This document shows positions 29,213 to 36,776 of a stretch of 64,000 bases of DNA, in pieces. The stretch comes from Candidatus Crickella equi (GTDB lineage: Bacteria; Bacillota; Clostridia; Peptostreptococcales; Anaerovoracaceae). The notes beneath the pieces are model-generated. The model was not told where the DNA came from and did no database searches. It saw only the letters and a program-made list of their open reading frames with translations. The stretch covers positions 5,701-69,700 of the forward strand of contig JAGHUP010000009.1 of NCBI GenBank assembly GCA_018064755.1, in the 5' to 3' direction. The number at the start of each line of letters is the position of its first letter. The stretch's first letter is position 1. A program made the position numbers and the translations under genes.

Positions 29213-29247
29213 AATGTACCAATTAGGAACGGGCTAAGTGGTGCATT
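29213..29247 (+). repeat. 35-nt conserved element, copy A
   Basis: AATGTACCAATTAGGAACGGGCTAAGTGGTGCATT. Shares AATGTACC-NN-TTAGGAACGGGCTA-NNN-GG.(A/G)CAT with copies at 54398-54432 and 50029-50062. Overlaps the stop codon at 29246-29248. Confidence 0.85.
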
Positions 29248-30595
29248 ATTTCGTACTGAGCGACTTCTTCGAAGTCCATGCTGAGTAGTAGTCAACACCT
29301 TCTACAGTCTTATATGTTCTTACCCTCACGTAATACTTTGTTTTGCGCTTGAGCTTGGTCAATTTCTTGCTGACCTTGTCGCAATCTGACACCCTAATTA
29401 TGCTTGTTGAGCCCTTGTTAAATGCACGCTTAGTTCCGTATTCAAGTTCATATCCCTTGACACCATATTGCTGTTTCGTCCATTTAACAGTAATGTAGTT
29501 CTTACCGGATTTCAGCTTGCTGATGCTAGTCTTCTTGAGCACCTTAACAATAGGAATGACTTCTCCCTGCTCATCACTGCTTGGCACATACCGGCTAGCA
29601 GCAACAGGATGATTCTTGATGTAGTCATAAATATGATAATACTTGTCATGTCCCAAGAAATCGCTATTGCCCTTGAGGAAATACAAGTACTGTCCGCTGG
29701 TGTTATTAGAAGTCGACTCCCAGGTCGTATCACCATAATAGTAATCGCCATTGAGCTTGATTAAGTTCCACGCGTGACCCTCTTCAGCTATACTGCTGCC
29801 TTGATCAGCGGCTACAATTCTGCAATCAATTCCGCACTCCAGGAGCATTCTATACATCAGCAGCGAATATCCCTGACATACAGCGGTGCCCTTGCACAGA
29901 GCTTTCCATGCAGTAAATGACTTAAACTCTCTGTTCCTCAATCCCGCATAGTCATACGAAATATTGTTTGCAATATAATCATATATTGCCCGAACAGTTG
30001 CATACTCACCCTTTCCTTCCAGGTTCATCCTACTTAGCACTTCATCTATCTTAGTTCCCACCGCAGCCTCTTGCTTGGCCGTCGTGTAGTAAACAAAATG
30101 AACACTGAAGTAATAAGTATGATCACGGTCCGATTTATTTGGATCCGTAGCAGACCAGTCATATTTCGAATACTGCCATCTGAGATACTCACCCTCGCAA
30201 GGATCCCCAGTGTGCTCGAATGCTTTCTCGCAGCTCTCATCTAGCAACTTGGTCGCATTCGCCGTATTGGCCGCAGCAGCGCTCTTGAAAGTGTATCTGA
30301 ACCGCACCGTCGTTCTCTTCTTCATCGCGCTACGGAATACTTTGGCACAGCTGTCAGTTGTAGTAACCTTGGGATAATCTTTATCTCTGTATTTGCTTGA
30401 CGAAGCAGCAAGAAGAGGCATCTCACCTCCACCGTCACCAACCGCCGGCATGCCATTCAGCACGTCCTCATACAATGGATTAACAACCGTTCCGGAGAGT
30501 ACCGATTCTCCATCGTCCGCCCAACACGAAACAGGCAGCATAGCTACCACAAGGAATGCAGATATTAATAATGAAACAATTCTATTCTTTCTCAT
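29246..30595 (-). CDS. secreted transglutaminase-like cysteine peptidase domain protein with C-terminal Fn3-like domain
   Basis: Signal peptide. Transglutaminase core GTAVCQGYSLLMY..EGHAWNLIKL..YGDTTW (Cys-His-Asp). Confidence 0.75.
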   Translation of the reverse strand: MRKNRIVSLLISAFLVVAMLPVSCWADDGESVLSGTVVNPLYEDVLNGMPAVGDGGGEMPLLAASSSKYRDKDYPKVTTTDSCAKVFRSAMKKRTTVRFRYTFKSAAAANTANATKLLDESCEKAFEHTGDPCEGEYLRWQYSKYDWSATDPNKSDRDHTYYFSVHFVYYTTAKQEAAVGTKIDEVLSRMNLEGKGEYATVRAIYDYIANNISYDYAGLRNREFKSFTAWKALCKGTAVCQGYSLLMYRMLLECGIDCRIVAADQGSSIAEEGHAWNLIKLNGDYYYGDTTWESTSNNTSGQYLYFLKGNSDFLGHDKYYHIYDYIKNHPVAASRYVPSSDEQGEVIPIVKVLKKTSISKLKSGKNYITVKWTKQQYGVKGYELEYGTKRAFNKGSTSIIRVSDCDKVSKKLTKLKRKTKYYVRVRTYKTVEGVDYYSAWTSKKSLSTK

Positions 30596-30604
30596 CCCTA
30601 TTTA

Positions 30605-31339
30605 TCAGTTATTCTTTTCTTCAGACTTCTTTTTAACAAGAGCATCCACAACTTCCTTTATATTGGATTGGTTTACTACAACGTCAGGATAAGTCTCTTC
30701 GAATTCTATCAACGCCTGCTTGTTATCAATTTCCTGTTGTCTGATTTCCTTATACTTGTCTACATAGTCTTCTTTCTCGAAAAGGTCCGTAACAAACCCG
30801 CGCATCTCCTTTGATATATAATCCCAATCACCATATAGATTTTCGGTCGCTTGTTTAACCCCTTCAAGCGTCAGTGGTTTTCCTGACAATTTATGCTCCG
30901 CTAACACACCAACAATATCCGAAAGATCATTCTTATATTTTCTTCCTGATACCAGTTTCATAGCAACCAGGTATTCCGCCTTAACCGTATATACTGAAAC
31001 AACGTTAGCGAAAGTCTTGTAATGCATAGCATATTGCCTGAGTTTTGGTGTATATGATGTAGTATTTTTAAAATGTGTATTGAGCCACTCCAATGGCAGC
31101 CCATATTTATCTCCTACGTAATTTATAGATTCCTTCATCGCCGATGAAACCTCATACATAGCATCAATGTCTGTCGTCATCTGACGAAAATCGTAGTTCA
31201 ACAATACTGATGCACCGCCTATCAATATAAGTTCAGCCTTGACCTTCTTGCCCGTTCTTTTTCTAAAATCCTTGGCAACTTCCTTAATGTAGGTGTCTAT
31301 ATTCTCTCTCGTAAATTCAAATGTAATGCTAGATGACAT
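30605..31339 (-). CDS. DUF6036/MNT-like nucleotidyltransferase-fold protein
   Basis: ELILIGGASVLLNYDFRQMTTDIDAMY fits the Pol-beta NTase hG[GS]..D.D signature. 11-nt overlap with the upstream XRE gene. Confidence 0.6.
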   Translation of the reverse strand: MSSSITFEFTRENIDTYIKEVAKDFRKRTGKKVKAELILIGGASVLLNYDFRQMTTDIDAMYEVSSAMKESINYVGDKYGLPLEWLNTHFKNTTSYTPKLRQYAMHYKTFANVVSVYTVKAEYLVAMKLVSGRKYKNDLSDIVGVLAEHKLSGKPLTLEGVKQATENLYGDWDYISKEMRGFVTDLFEKEDYVDKYKEIRQQEIDNKQALIEFEETYPDVVVNQSNIKEVVDALVKKKSEEKNN

Positions 31340-31889
31340 TTCCTATCTCCGTCTCAACAATATTGAATCTTAAAAACTCCGGTATTGCTTTCTTAATTGC
31401 TTCCTGTTTAGCCTTCTCAGTACCCAATGCAATCACTCCAGCAGGGAATACCATATGCTCAATTTTGCTCTTTCTCATTGCATCATAATCATTGCAAAGA
31501 GGTATCTTATTCTGCCGACTTAAGTAATCTATCAATGCCAATAAATACAGCGCCTCCAAATACCATTGCCACTGCCACATTGTGCGAATTATTTCATTCT
31601 GAATGGTACTCAATATAAATTCATAGCTACCCTCACGTTGAAGGTCGTGTTGCATCTGGCTCTTAAAGTTCTCGAATGATGGTCTCTCCGGTATATGCAT
31701 CTTGGAATACAGTTCATCCATTGAAATATCCAGCACACTCGCCAACTTATGTGCCGTCTCAAAAGACGCCTTCTCAATTGCCGTCTTTCCATTCACAATG
31801 TCAGAAAGTGTCGAATATGGAATGCCGCTTCTCTTGGAGCATTCATATATTGTGAGATTCTTTTCTTCGAGCAGGAAACTGTAATTCAT
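31329..31889 (-). CDS. XRE-family HTH regulator with uncharacterised C-terminal domain
   Basis: LTIYECSKRSGIPYSTLSDIVNGKT HTH. Start taken at the third codon of the track ORF (ATG 31889) because GGAGGA then lies 7 nt upstream. Confidence 0.75.
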   Translation of the reverse strand: MNYSFLLEEKNLTIYECSKRSGIPYSTLSDIVNGKTAIEKASFETAHKLASVLDISMDELYSKMHIPERPSFENFKSQMQHDLQREGSYEFILSTIQNEIIRTMWQWQWYLEALYLLALIDYLSRQNKIPLCNDYDAMRKSKIEHMVFPAGVIALGTEKAKQEAIKKAIPEFLRFNIVETEIGNVI

Positions 31890-31919
31890 ATTCATTCCTC
31901 CGTTATGTCATGTAACTAC

Positions 31920-31948
31920 ATTATAACGGCACACCGTGATAGTTTCAA
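31920..31948 (-). promoter_or_regulatory. promoter of the XRE/NTase pair
   Basis: Reverse strand TTGAAA-17 nt-TATAAT, immediately downstream of the kinase gene stop. Confidence 0.65.
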
Positions 31949-31955
31949 GATTAAT

Positions 31956-33257
31956 CTATATACTCTTAAGATAATTAACTGTCTTGCGAATCCATTCGCA
32001 GCCATATTTCAGTCTATATCCGGTAAATCCCGCATCCACCAATGCGGCATAGATCTCATCGTCTGAAATACCAAGATTCAATATTCTAGCGAATGACACT
32101 CCGGTATTCGTAATGTCATTAACGTAGTCATAATATGTTCCGCTCGCACCCCAAGTCGTGGAGTACAGCTCTATATTATCGCACGCCTTCCTTGCCGTTT
32201 CCTCCGTGTCCTCATAGAATAGGCTACGGCCGTTATCATATAACGGATAGAAAGTCTCGCCTGTGGCATTTAACAATACCGCAACATTGGACAGATGCCT
32301 GTCATCCTGTCGGGTTATGAAGTCTAGAGCAATCATTTTGATAAAATCCAGCTGATACTGCGGTCTCTTGCTGAGCAGATTGTAATACTCATTCTCGCCT
32401 CTTTCTCCGTCCATGAACAGGCGACGAGCATGAACCAGGTATTCTTGACCCCAATCATACATAAATTCAGAGAAAACAGTATCCTCATCAATGCGATAAG
32501 CCGGGCAACAAGGTACTCCGAGCAACTTCGCGATGTTGTAAACAGCGACCTCTGATTCAACATCTCCGGATAACGGATGGAGTCTTGTTTTGTAAATGCC
32601 GTATCTGCCATTAAACACGCCATATCGCTTGATATTATTACCTTCCGGCGTGCTGATACTATCCCCCTCAAGGTCGGTCTTCTGAACAAACACCGCCCTG
32701 AACACCTCATCTATTGCATCGTCCATCTTGGCATCAGAACTATCTGCAATCCACAGTAAATCACGAGAATTGATAGCGTGTGTCTTAATGCCTATTCCAA
32801 TCGCATCATACGAATTAAGTCCGCACTTCACCAAAATCTTCTCTATATCACGTCGTTCACTGCTGACAATTCGTTCAGAAACGAATCTCTCGAAATCCGC
32901 TCTGCTCCAGCGACGTTCCCCATGCGTGTAGTTTGATACAGTTTGGTTATAATCCGGATTGCGCCATAACACATCGTAATTATCGTAGATGTCTCCTATC
33001 ACATCGTCCTGCCACTTCAGGTAATACTTAACCTGATCCGTTCCGTATTGAATATCCACAGACTCAGCAACAGCCAACTTATCAAGCCGCGCAGTCTTGT
33101 ACCTGCCATCAGCTGGTTTAACCGCATCACAAGGGATGAGGTAGGTGTCATTGCTACTGATAACCCCCTCAATTCGACCCGACTTGCACAAAGTCCTGAC
33201 ACGACGATCGCTAATATTCCATTTCTCAGCCATCTCGGCCGTAGTACAATATTTCAT
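31956..33257 (-). CDS. HipA-family Ser/Thr kinase with N-terminal excisionase/MerR-like HTH (YjjJ/HipH-like architecture)
   Basis: N-terminus TTAEMAEKWNISDRRVRTLCKSGRIEG (HTH). C-terminus FITRQDDRHLSNVAVL and PLYDNGRSL match the HipA catalytic D.H..N loop and the Mg-binding YD. No HipA N-terminal coupling domain is recognisable. Confidence 0.65.
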   Translation of the reverse strand: MKYCTTAEMAEKWNISDRRVRTLCKSGRIEGVISSNDTYLIPCDAVKPADGRYKTARLDKLAVAESVDIQYGTDQVKYYLKWQDDVIGDIYDNYDVLWRNPDYNQTVSNYTHGERRWSRADFERFVSERIVSSERRDIEKILVKCGLNSYDAIGIGIKTHAINSRDLLWIADSSDAKMDDAIDEVFRAVFVQKTDLEGDSISTPEGNNIKRYGVFNGRYGIYKTRLHPLSGDVESEVAVYNIAKLLGVPCCPAYRIDEDTVFSEFMYDWGQEYLVHARRLFMDGERGENEYYNLLSKRPQYQLDFIKMIALDFITRQDDRHLSNVAVLLNATGETFYPLYDNGRSLFYEDTEETARKACDNIELYSTTWGASGTYYDYVNDITNTGVSFARILNLGISDDEIYAALVDAGFTGYRLKYGCEWIRKTVNYLKSI

Positions 33258-33263
33258 ATTTCG

Positions 33264-33306
33264 AGTATAAAATAAATGCGGAACAATATCAAGATATTGT
33301 TCCGCA
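33264..33306 (-). promoter_or_regulatory. promoter with overlapping 30-bp perfect palindrome, apparently leaderless
   Basis: Reverse strand TTGATA (33292-33287)-17 nt-TATACT (33269-33264), with only 6 nt to the ATG at 33257 and no SD. The palindrome TGCGGAACAATATC-AA-GATATTGTTCCGCA (33277-33306) covers the -35. Confidence 0.55.
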
Positions 33307-33736
33307 CATTATTCCGCATAATTTATCGACAGTCAAGTTATAGTAGGGTTGAGAACGCTAAAACACAACTTCATTGAGGACCAAGATTAGGTTTTGTCGC
33401 TATGTGACGACTCACGCCCAAAGTACATGCTTTTTCAGCTCGCCACTCCTGCGATTTGTCGCTATGCCGACCCCTCGCGCCAAAAAACCATCATCAATTC
33501 CGGGCAAACTACCGGAATCAGTGATGTACTTTTATTACATGATTCTATATAGCGACAAAAGTCGCGTTCGCTCTCGATAAAAATAATGCACTTTTCTCAC
33601 CTCTACTCGTATAGCGATACAACACAATAAGCAAAGAACGGAATTACCCTAAAAATTACGAGGAACCGGCGAACCGACTCCTTGCAGAATTAATAAATCT
33701 TCTTATACCAATTAAACGTATCTGTTTTGTAAAAAA

Positions 33737-34612
33737 CTATATACCGCTACAAATTTCATTAAATAAATCTTTTCCCGTCAGCAGTTCCTTTAGAGACGAT
33801 TTGTCTAAAACAGCAACATGTTTCTCCTGTAGAAACAATTTAGTCTCTTTTGTCTCATATGTTGAATCAACTATAAGCACAAAGTATAACCCTTTATTTT
33901 CAATATGATCTATTTCATTAATGAAGTTTACTACATCACTTTTATTTATATATCTTCCCGAATAATGTCTAATTTTAATAAGATATTTTACTCCATCTTT
34001 CTCTGCCAATATTGTATCCTCATTTTCTTTTTTTGTTAAATATCCCAAATCATTTAATAGCATGATATAAAAATCTCCTATATCAGCTATATTACAAATA
34101 TCAGTCACCAGATTCGAAAGATTATCAAACGGCACTTTTATCACGGCCGTATATTTTGACAGATTCGAATTGTTATCCAACACCATATCGAAACCTATAA
34201 ATATACCCCTGACAATGTTAAAACGACCATGCGCAATACAATTCCTTAAGTGTCGTAAAAACTCTTGTATTGTTATTCTTTTCTTTGATTTCGAAAAAAC
34301 AAGCTTCGTACAATTCAAGCATATTTCTTCTTCATAAAACTCAACATCATTTTTTGATAAGCCAGCGCTATCTGTAACAATCTTTACGTCATCTTCAGTA
34401 ACAGACAGCTTTTCCATAAGAAGTTTCATCAAATAGTCGCTATATGTATCTATGGAAAAAATAGTATTGCAATTTGCCTGTATTGAATGTGTTTCAGGCA
34501 GTCTCCACAAACAATTTAGGAGCAAGTTATTTGTTTCATTGTCAAAGCAACCGTCATGAAAAATGTTATATTCATATTTGTTTGGATTTTTACAGCAATA
34601 CTGAAAACTCAT
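33737..34612 (-). CDS. HEPN-like (RNxxAH) domain fused to a Mrr-type restriction-endonuclease-like C-terminal domain
   Basis: EFLRHLRNCIAHGRF is an Rx4H HEPN-type motif as in the AbiD/F (Abi_2) family. The C-terminus YLIKIRHYSGRYINKSDVVNFINEI..GLYFVLIVDSTY..HVAVLDKSSLKELL follows the Mrr_cat layout but has K-I-R where Q/E-x-K is expected. Very AT-rich gene. Start placed at MSFQYCC (GGAGGGG SD) instead of the track's TTG start at 34642. Confidence 0.5.
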   Translation of the reverse strand: MSFQYCCKNPNKYEYNIFHDGCFDNETNNLLLNCLWRLPETHSIQANCNTIFSIDTYSDYLMKLLMEKLSVTEDDVKIVTDSAGLSKNDVEFYEEEICLNCTKLVFSKSKKRITIQEFLRHLRNCIAHGRFNIVRGIFIGFDMVLDNNSNLSKYTAVIKVPFDNLSNLVTDICNIADIGDFYIMLLNDLGYLTKKENEDTILAEKDGVKYLIKIRHYSGRYINKSDVVNFINEIDHIENKGLYFVLIVDSTYETKETKLFLQEKHVAVLDKSSLKELLTGKDLFNEICSGI

Positions 34613-34807
34613 TTTAACCCATCCCCTCCGTTTCCTGAACAATGACGTATAATACTATATAGCAAAACTCGTAAATTGTTATTCATAAATAGCTCCATAA
34701 GTTAATTTGGAATAATTCCAGCAGCCCCCAACATTCGCCCCCAAATTAATTTGGATAAACCCCAAAATTATTTGATGAGCCATTTTCCTTTCCTTCGCCG
34801 AATAGCC

Positions 34808-34836
34808 AAAGACAGGGCCATCACAGCCCTGTCCTT
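34808..34836 (-). terminator. probable terminator after the surface-protein gene
   Basis: Reverse strand AAGGACAGGGC-7 nt-GCCCTGTCTTT followed by a short T-poor tail. Confidence 0.45.
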
Positions 34837-34891
34837 GATTGGTTTGATATGATAATCACCTTGCGATGATTAATGACTCACATTGGTTAAA

Positions 34892-36562
34892 TTACTTCTT
34901 AACCTTTACAGTGATGCTCTGAGTCTCGGATGCAGCACCATAGCCCAATCCAGCCTGAACATAAGCCTTAACCTTGATCTTGTAAGTTCCCTTCTTCAGA
35001 CCCTTCTTAAGAGTGATCTTTCCGGAAGCCTTATCAATCTTAATCTTGCTGTTAGCGTTGATCAGCTTGTAGCTTACTGCAGCGCCTGAGAGAGCCTCAG
35101 CCTTAACTGTGAAGGACTTAGCAGCCTTCTTAAGCTTCTTTGCCTTGAAAGTCTTGCTGGATGGAGCTGATGTGAACTCAACTTCATTTACAAGCTTTCC
35201 ATCAACAATGTGAAGGGTAGCATCAGCGTTGTCAAGTTCAACAGTTACATTTGCTTCAAGAGCTTTCCACTTTTTAGCGAGAGCTGCTGTCTCTTCAGAA
35301 GTTAAATCGCTCTTAATTGCAATAGCAAGATTTACATCATCAGTGTATGCTACAGGGGTAGCTGTTACGTCGTAGTTATCGGAAATGTATTCTGCAACCT
35401 CTGCCTTATGAGCATCGATAAACGCCTGAACTTTCTTGTCTGGGTTTGTGGCCTTTACAAAATCCATTGCTGTATAAGCCTGTCCTCTTACTACCTTTGG
35501 AGCATCAGATTCAAATCCGAATGTAACTACTGCCTTATTTACGTCTACTGTCAGAATATAAGGTGTAGGTGTCTGCTTATCAGCAGATACTGTAGCTTCA
35601 AACTTATAAGGCTCAGTAGGCTTATTCACAGTCTGGAACTTAGGTGCATCAACAGCCTCATATTTTCCAGCCTTGTAATTATACTGCTTCCAAGTTACTG
35701 ACAGACCCTCGAGTTCCTTCATAACGATTGTGTGCTCAGAGCCATCAAATGTAACCTGACTGTCCTTTCCTTCTTTCATTACATCGTCAATTGATGTAAC
35801 AGCATCAACCCAGAACAAAGCTTCGTTTGTCTTTGGAACCGACTTAGCAACTGTGAAATTCTTTGATACAGATCCAACGAGATCAGGCTGGTCTTTGTCT
35901 CCAAGATCAATAGCCTTCTTTGCAGCGAAAATTACTGGAACTGTGAATTCCTGCTCTGCATAAGAAGCGTCATCATAATCTTCAGGAAGTGTAAGACTGA
36001 AGTTCCAATTATCAATAGTATTTTTTGCACCATGACCGTAATTAGCACTTACCCTTACAATTTTGTTATTAGTGATAGTCTTATCCTGCTCAACATAAGA
36101 TGGAGCAACTAACTCTAATCCAGTATAGGCATATGTACCGCTCGCAAAGATACCTTTAAAGTCACTCTTGTTAAACTTTGTTGGCATAGCTGATGTGTTC
36201 TTCAGCTCACTTTGTAACACTTCACCGCCATACTGAAGCGTAGCACCATCTACGTCATAAAAATATGCCTTCAGGCTCTCCATTGCAGCCTTGACGTTTG
36301 AATCCATAGTAGTATCTGCTGCAATTTCAGCTGCATTAGGAACAGCCTGGATAGTACCATTCCACTTTGTGTTGTCACCTGTTTTTGTAACCAGTGTTCT
36401 AACAGTATTAACTGTAGCTGATTCAGTACCAACAGTTACAGTAACTGTTGCATACTTCTCGCCCCATGTTACAACAGGCTCAGCTGTTGCGAATGCCATT
36501 GCTGGCATGAATGTTACCATCATCATTGCAGACATGAGGATAGCAAATAATTTCTTGCGCAT
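34892..36562 (-). CDS. secreted protein with C-terminal bacterial Ig-like (Big_2-like) domain
   Basis: Signal peptide MRKKLFAILMSAMMMVTFMPAMAFA. C-terminus ..AVSYKLINANSKIKIDKASGKITLKKGLKKGTYKIKVKAYV is a typical Big_2 pattern. The remainder is not recognised. Confidence 0.5.
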   Translation of the reverse strand: MRKKLFAILMSAMMMVTFMPAMAFATAEPVVTWGEKYATVTVTVGTESATVNTVRTLVTKTGDNTKWNGTIQAVPNAAEIAADTTMDSNVKAAMESLKAYFYDVDGATLQYGGEVLQSELKNTSAMPTKFNKSDFKGIFASGTYAYTGLELVAPSYVEQDKTITNNKIVRVSANYGHGAKNTIDNWNFSLTLPEDYDDASYAEQEFTVPVIFAAKKAIDLGDKDQPDLVGSVSKNFTVAKSVPKTNEALFWVDAVTSIDDVMKEGKDSQVTFDGSEHTIVMKELEGLSVTWKQYNYKAGKYEAVDAPKFQTVNKPTEPYKFEATVSADKQTPTPYILTVDVNKAVVTFGFESDAPKVVRGQAYTAMDFVKATNPDKKVQAFIDAHKAEVAEYISDNYDVTATPVAYTDDVNLAIAIKSDLTSEETAALAKKWKALEANVTVELDNADATLHIVDGKLVNEVEFTSAPSSKTFKAKKLKKAAKSFTVKAEALSGAAVSYKLINANSKIKIDKASGKITLKKGLKKGTYKIKVKAYVQAGLGYGAASETQSITVKVKK

Positions 36563-36658
36563 TTCGTTTTCTCCTTTCTGTTTTTCGTTTTATTAATAAA
36601 ACTAAAATGCATTTATATGAACGGGCAGGATTGCCCGGCCATACCGATTAATTGCAAG

Positions 36659-36755
36659 AAAGGGGTTAAAATAAATTACCACCCTTTCTCTGTAATCATA
36701 TTATGCAACCCCCACCCTTTTAAGTCAATGGGGTTAAAGGGGTTTTAACCCCTTT
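36659..36755. repeat. 13-bp perfect inverted repeats bracketing a 71-bp segment
   Basis: AAAGGGGTTAAAA (36659-36671) and TTTTAACCCCTTT (36743-36755). A further direct copy GGGGTTAAA lies at 36730-36738. The enclosed segment carries TTACCA-17 nt-TATTAT on the plus strand. Confidence 0.7.
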
Positions 36756-36776
36756 TTAATGGAAGTTTAATGTTTT

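Noticed and set aside
33374-33580. 68-aa plus-strand ORF in the spacer between the HEPN gene and the kinase gene.
   Set aside because: It has no SD and its apparent internal repeat (FCRYVTTHAQ / FVAMPTPRAK) simply mirrors the DNA direct repeats. It is better explained as non-coding repeat DNA.
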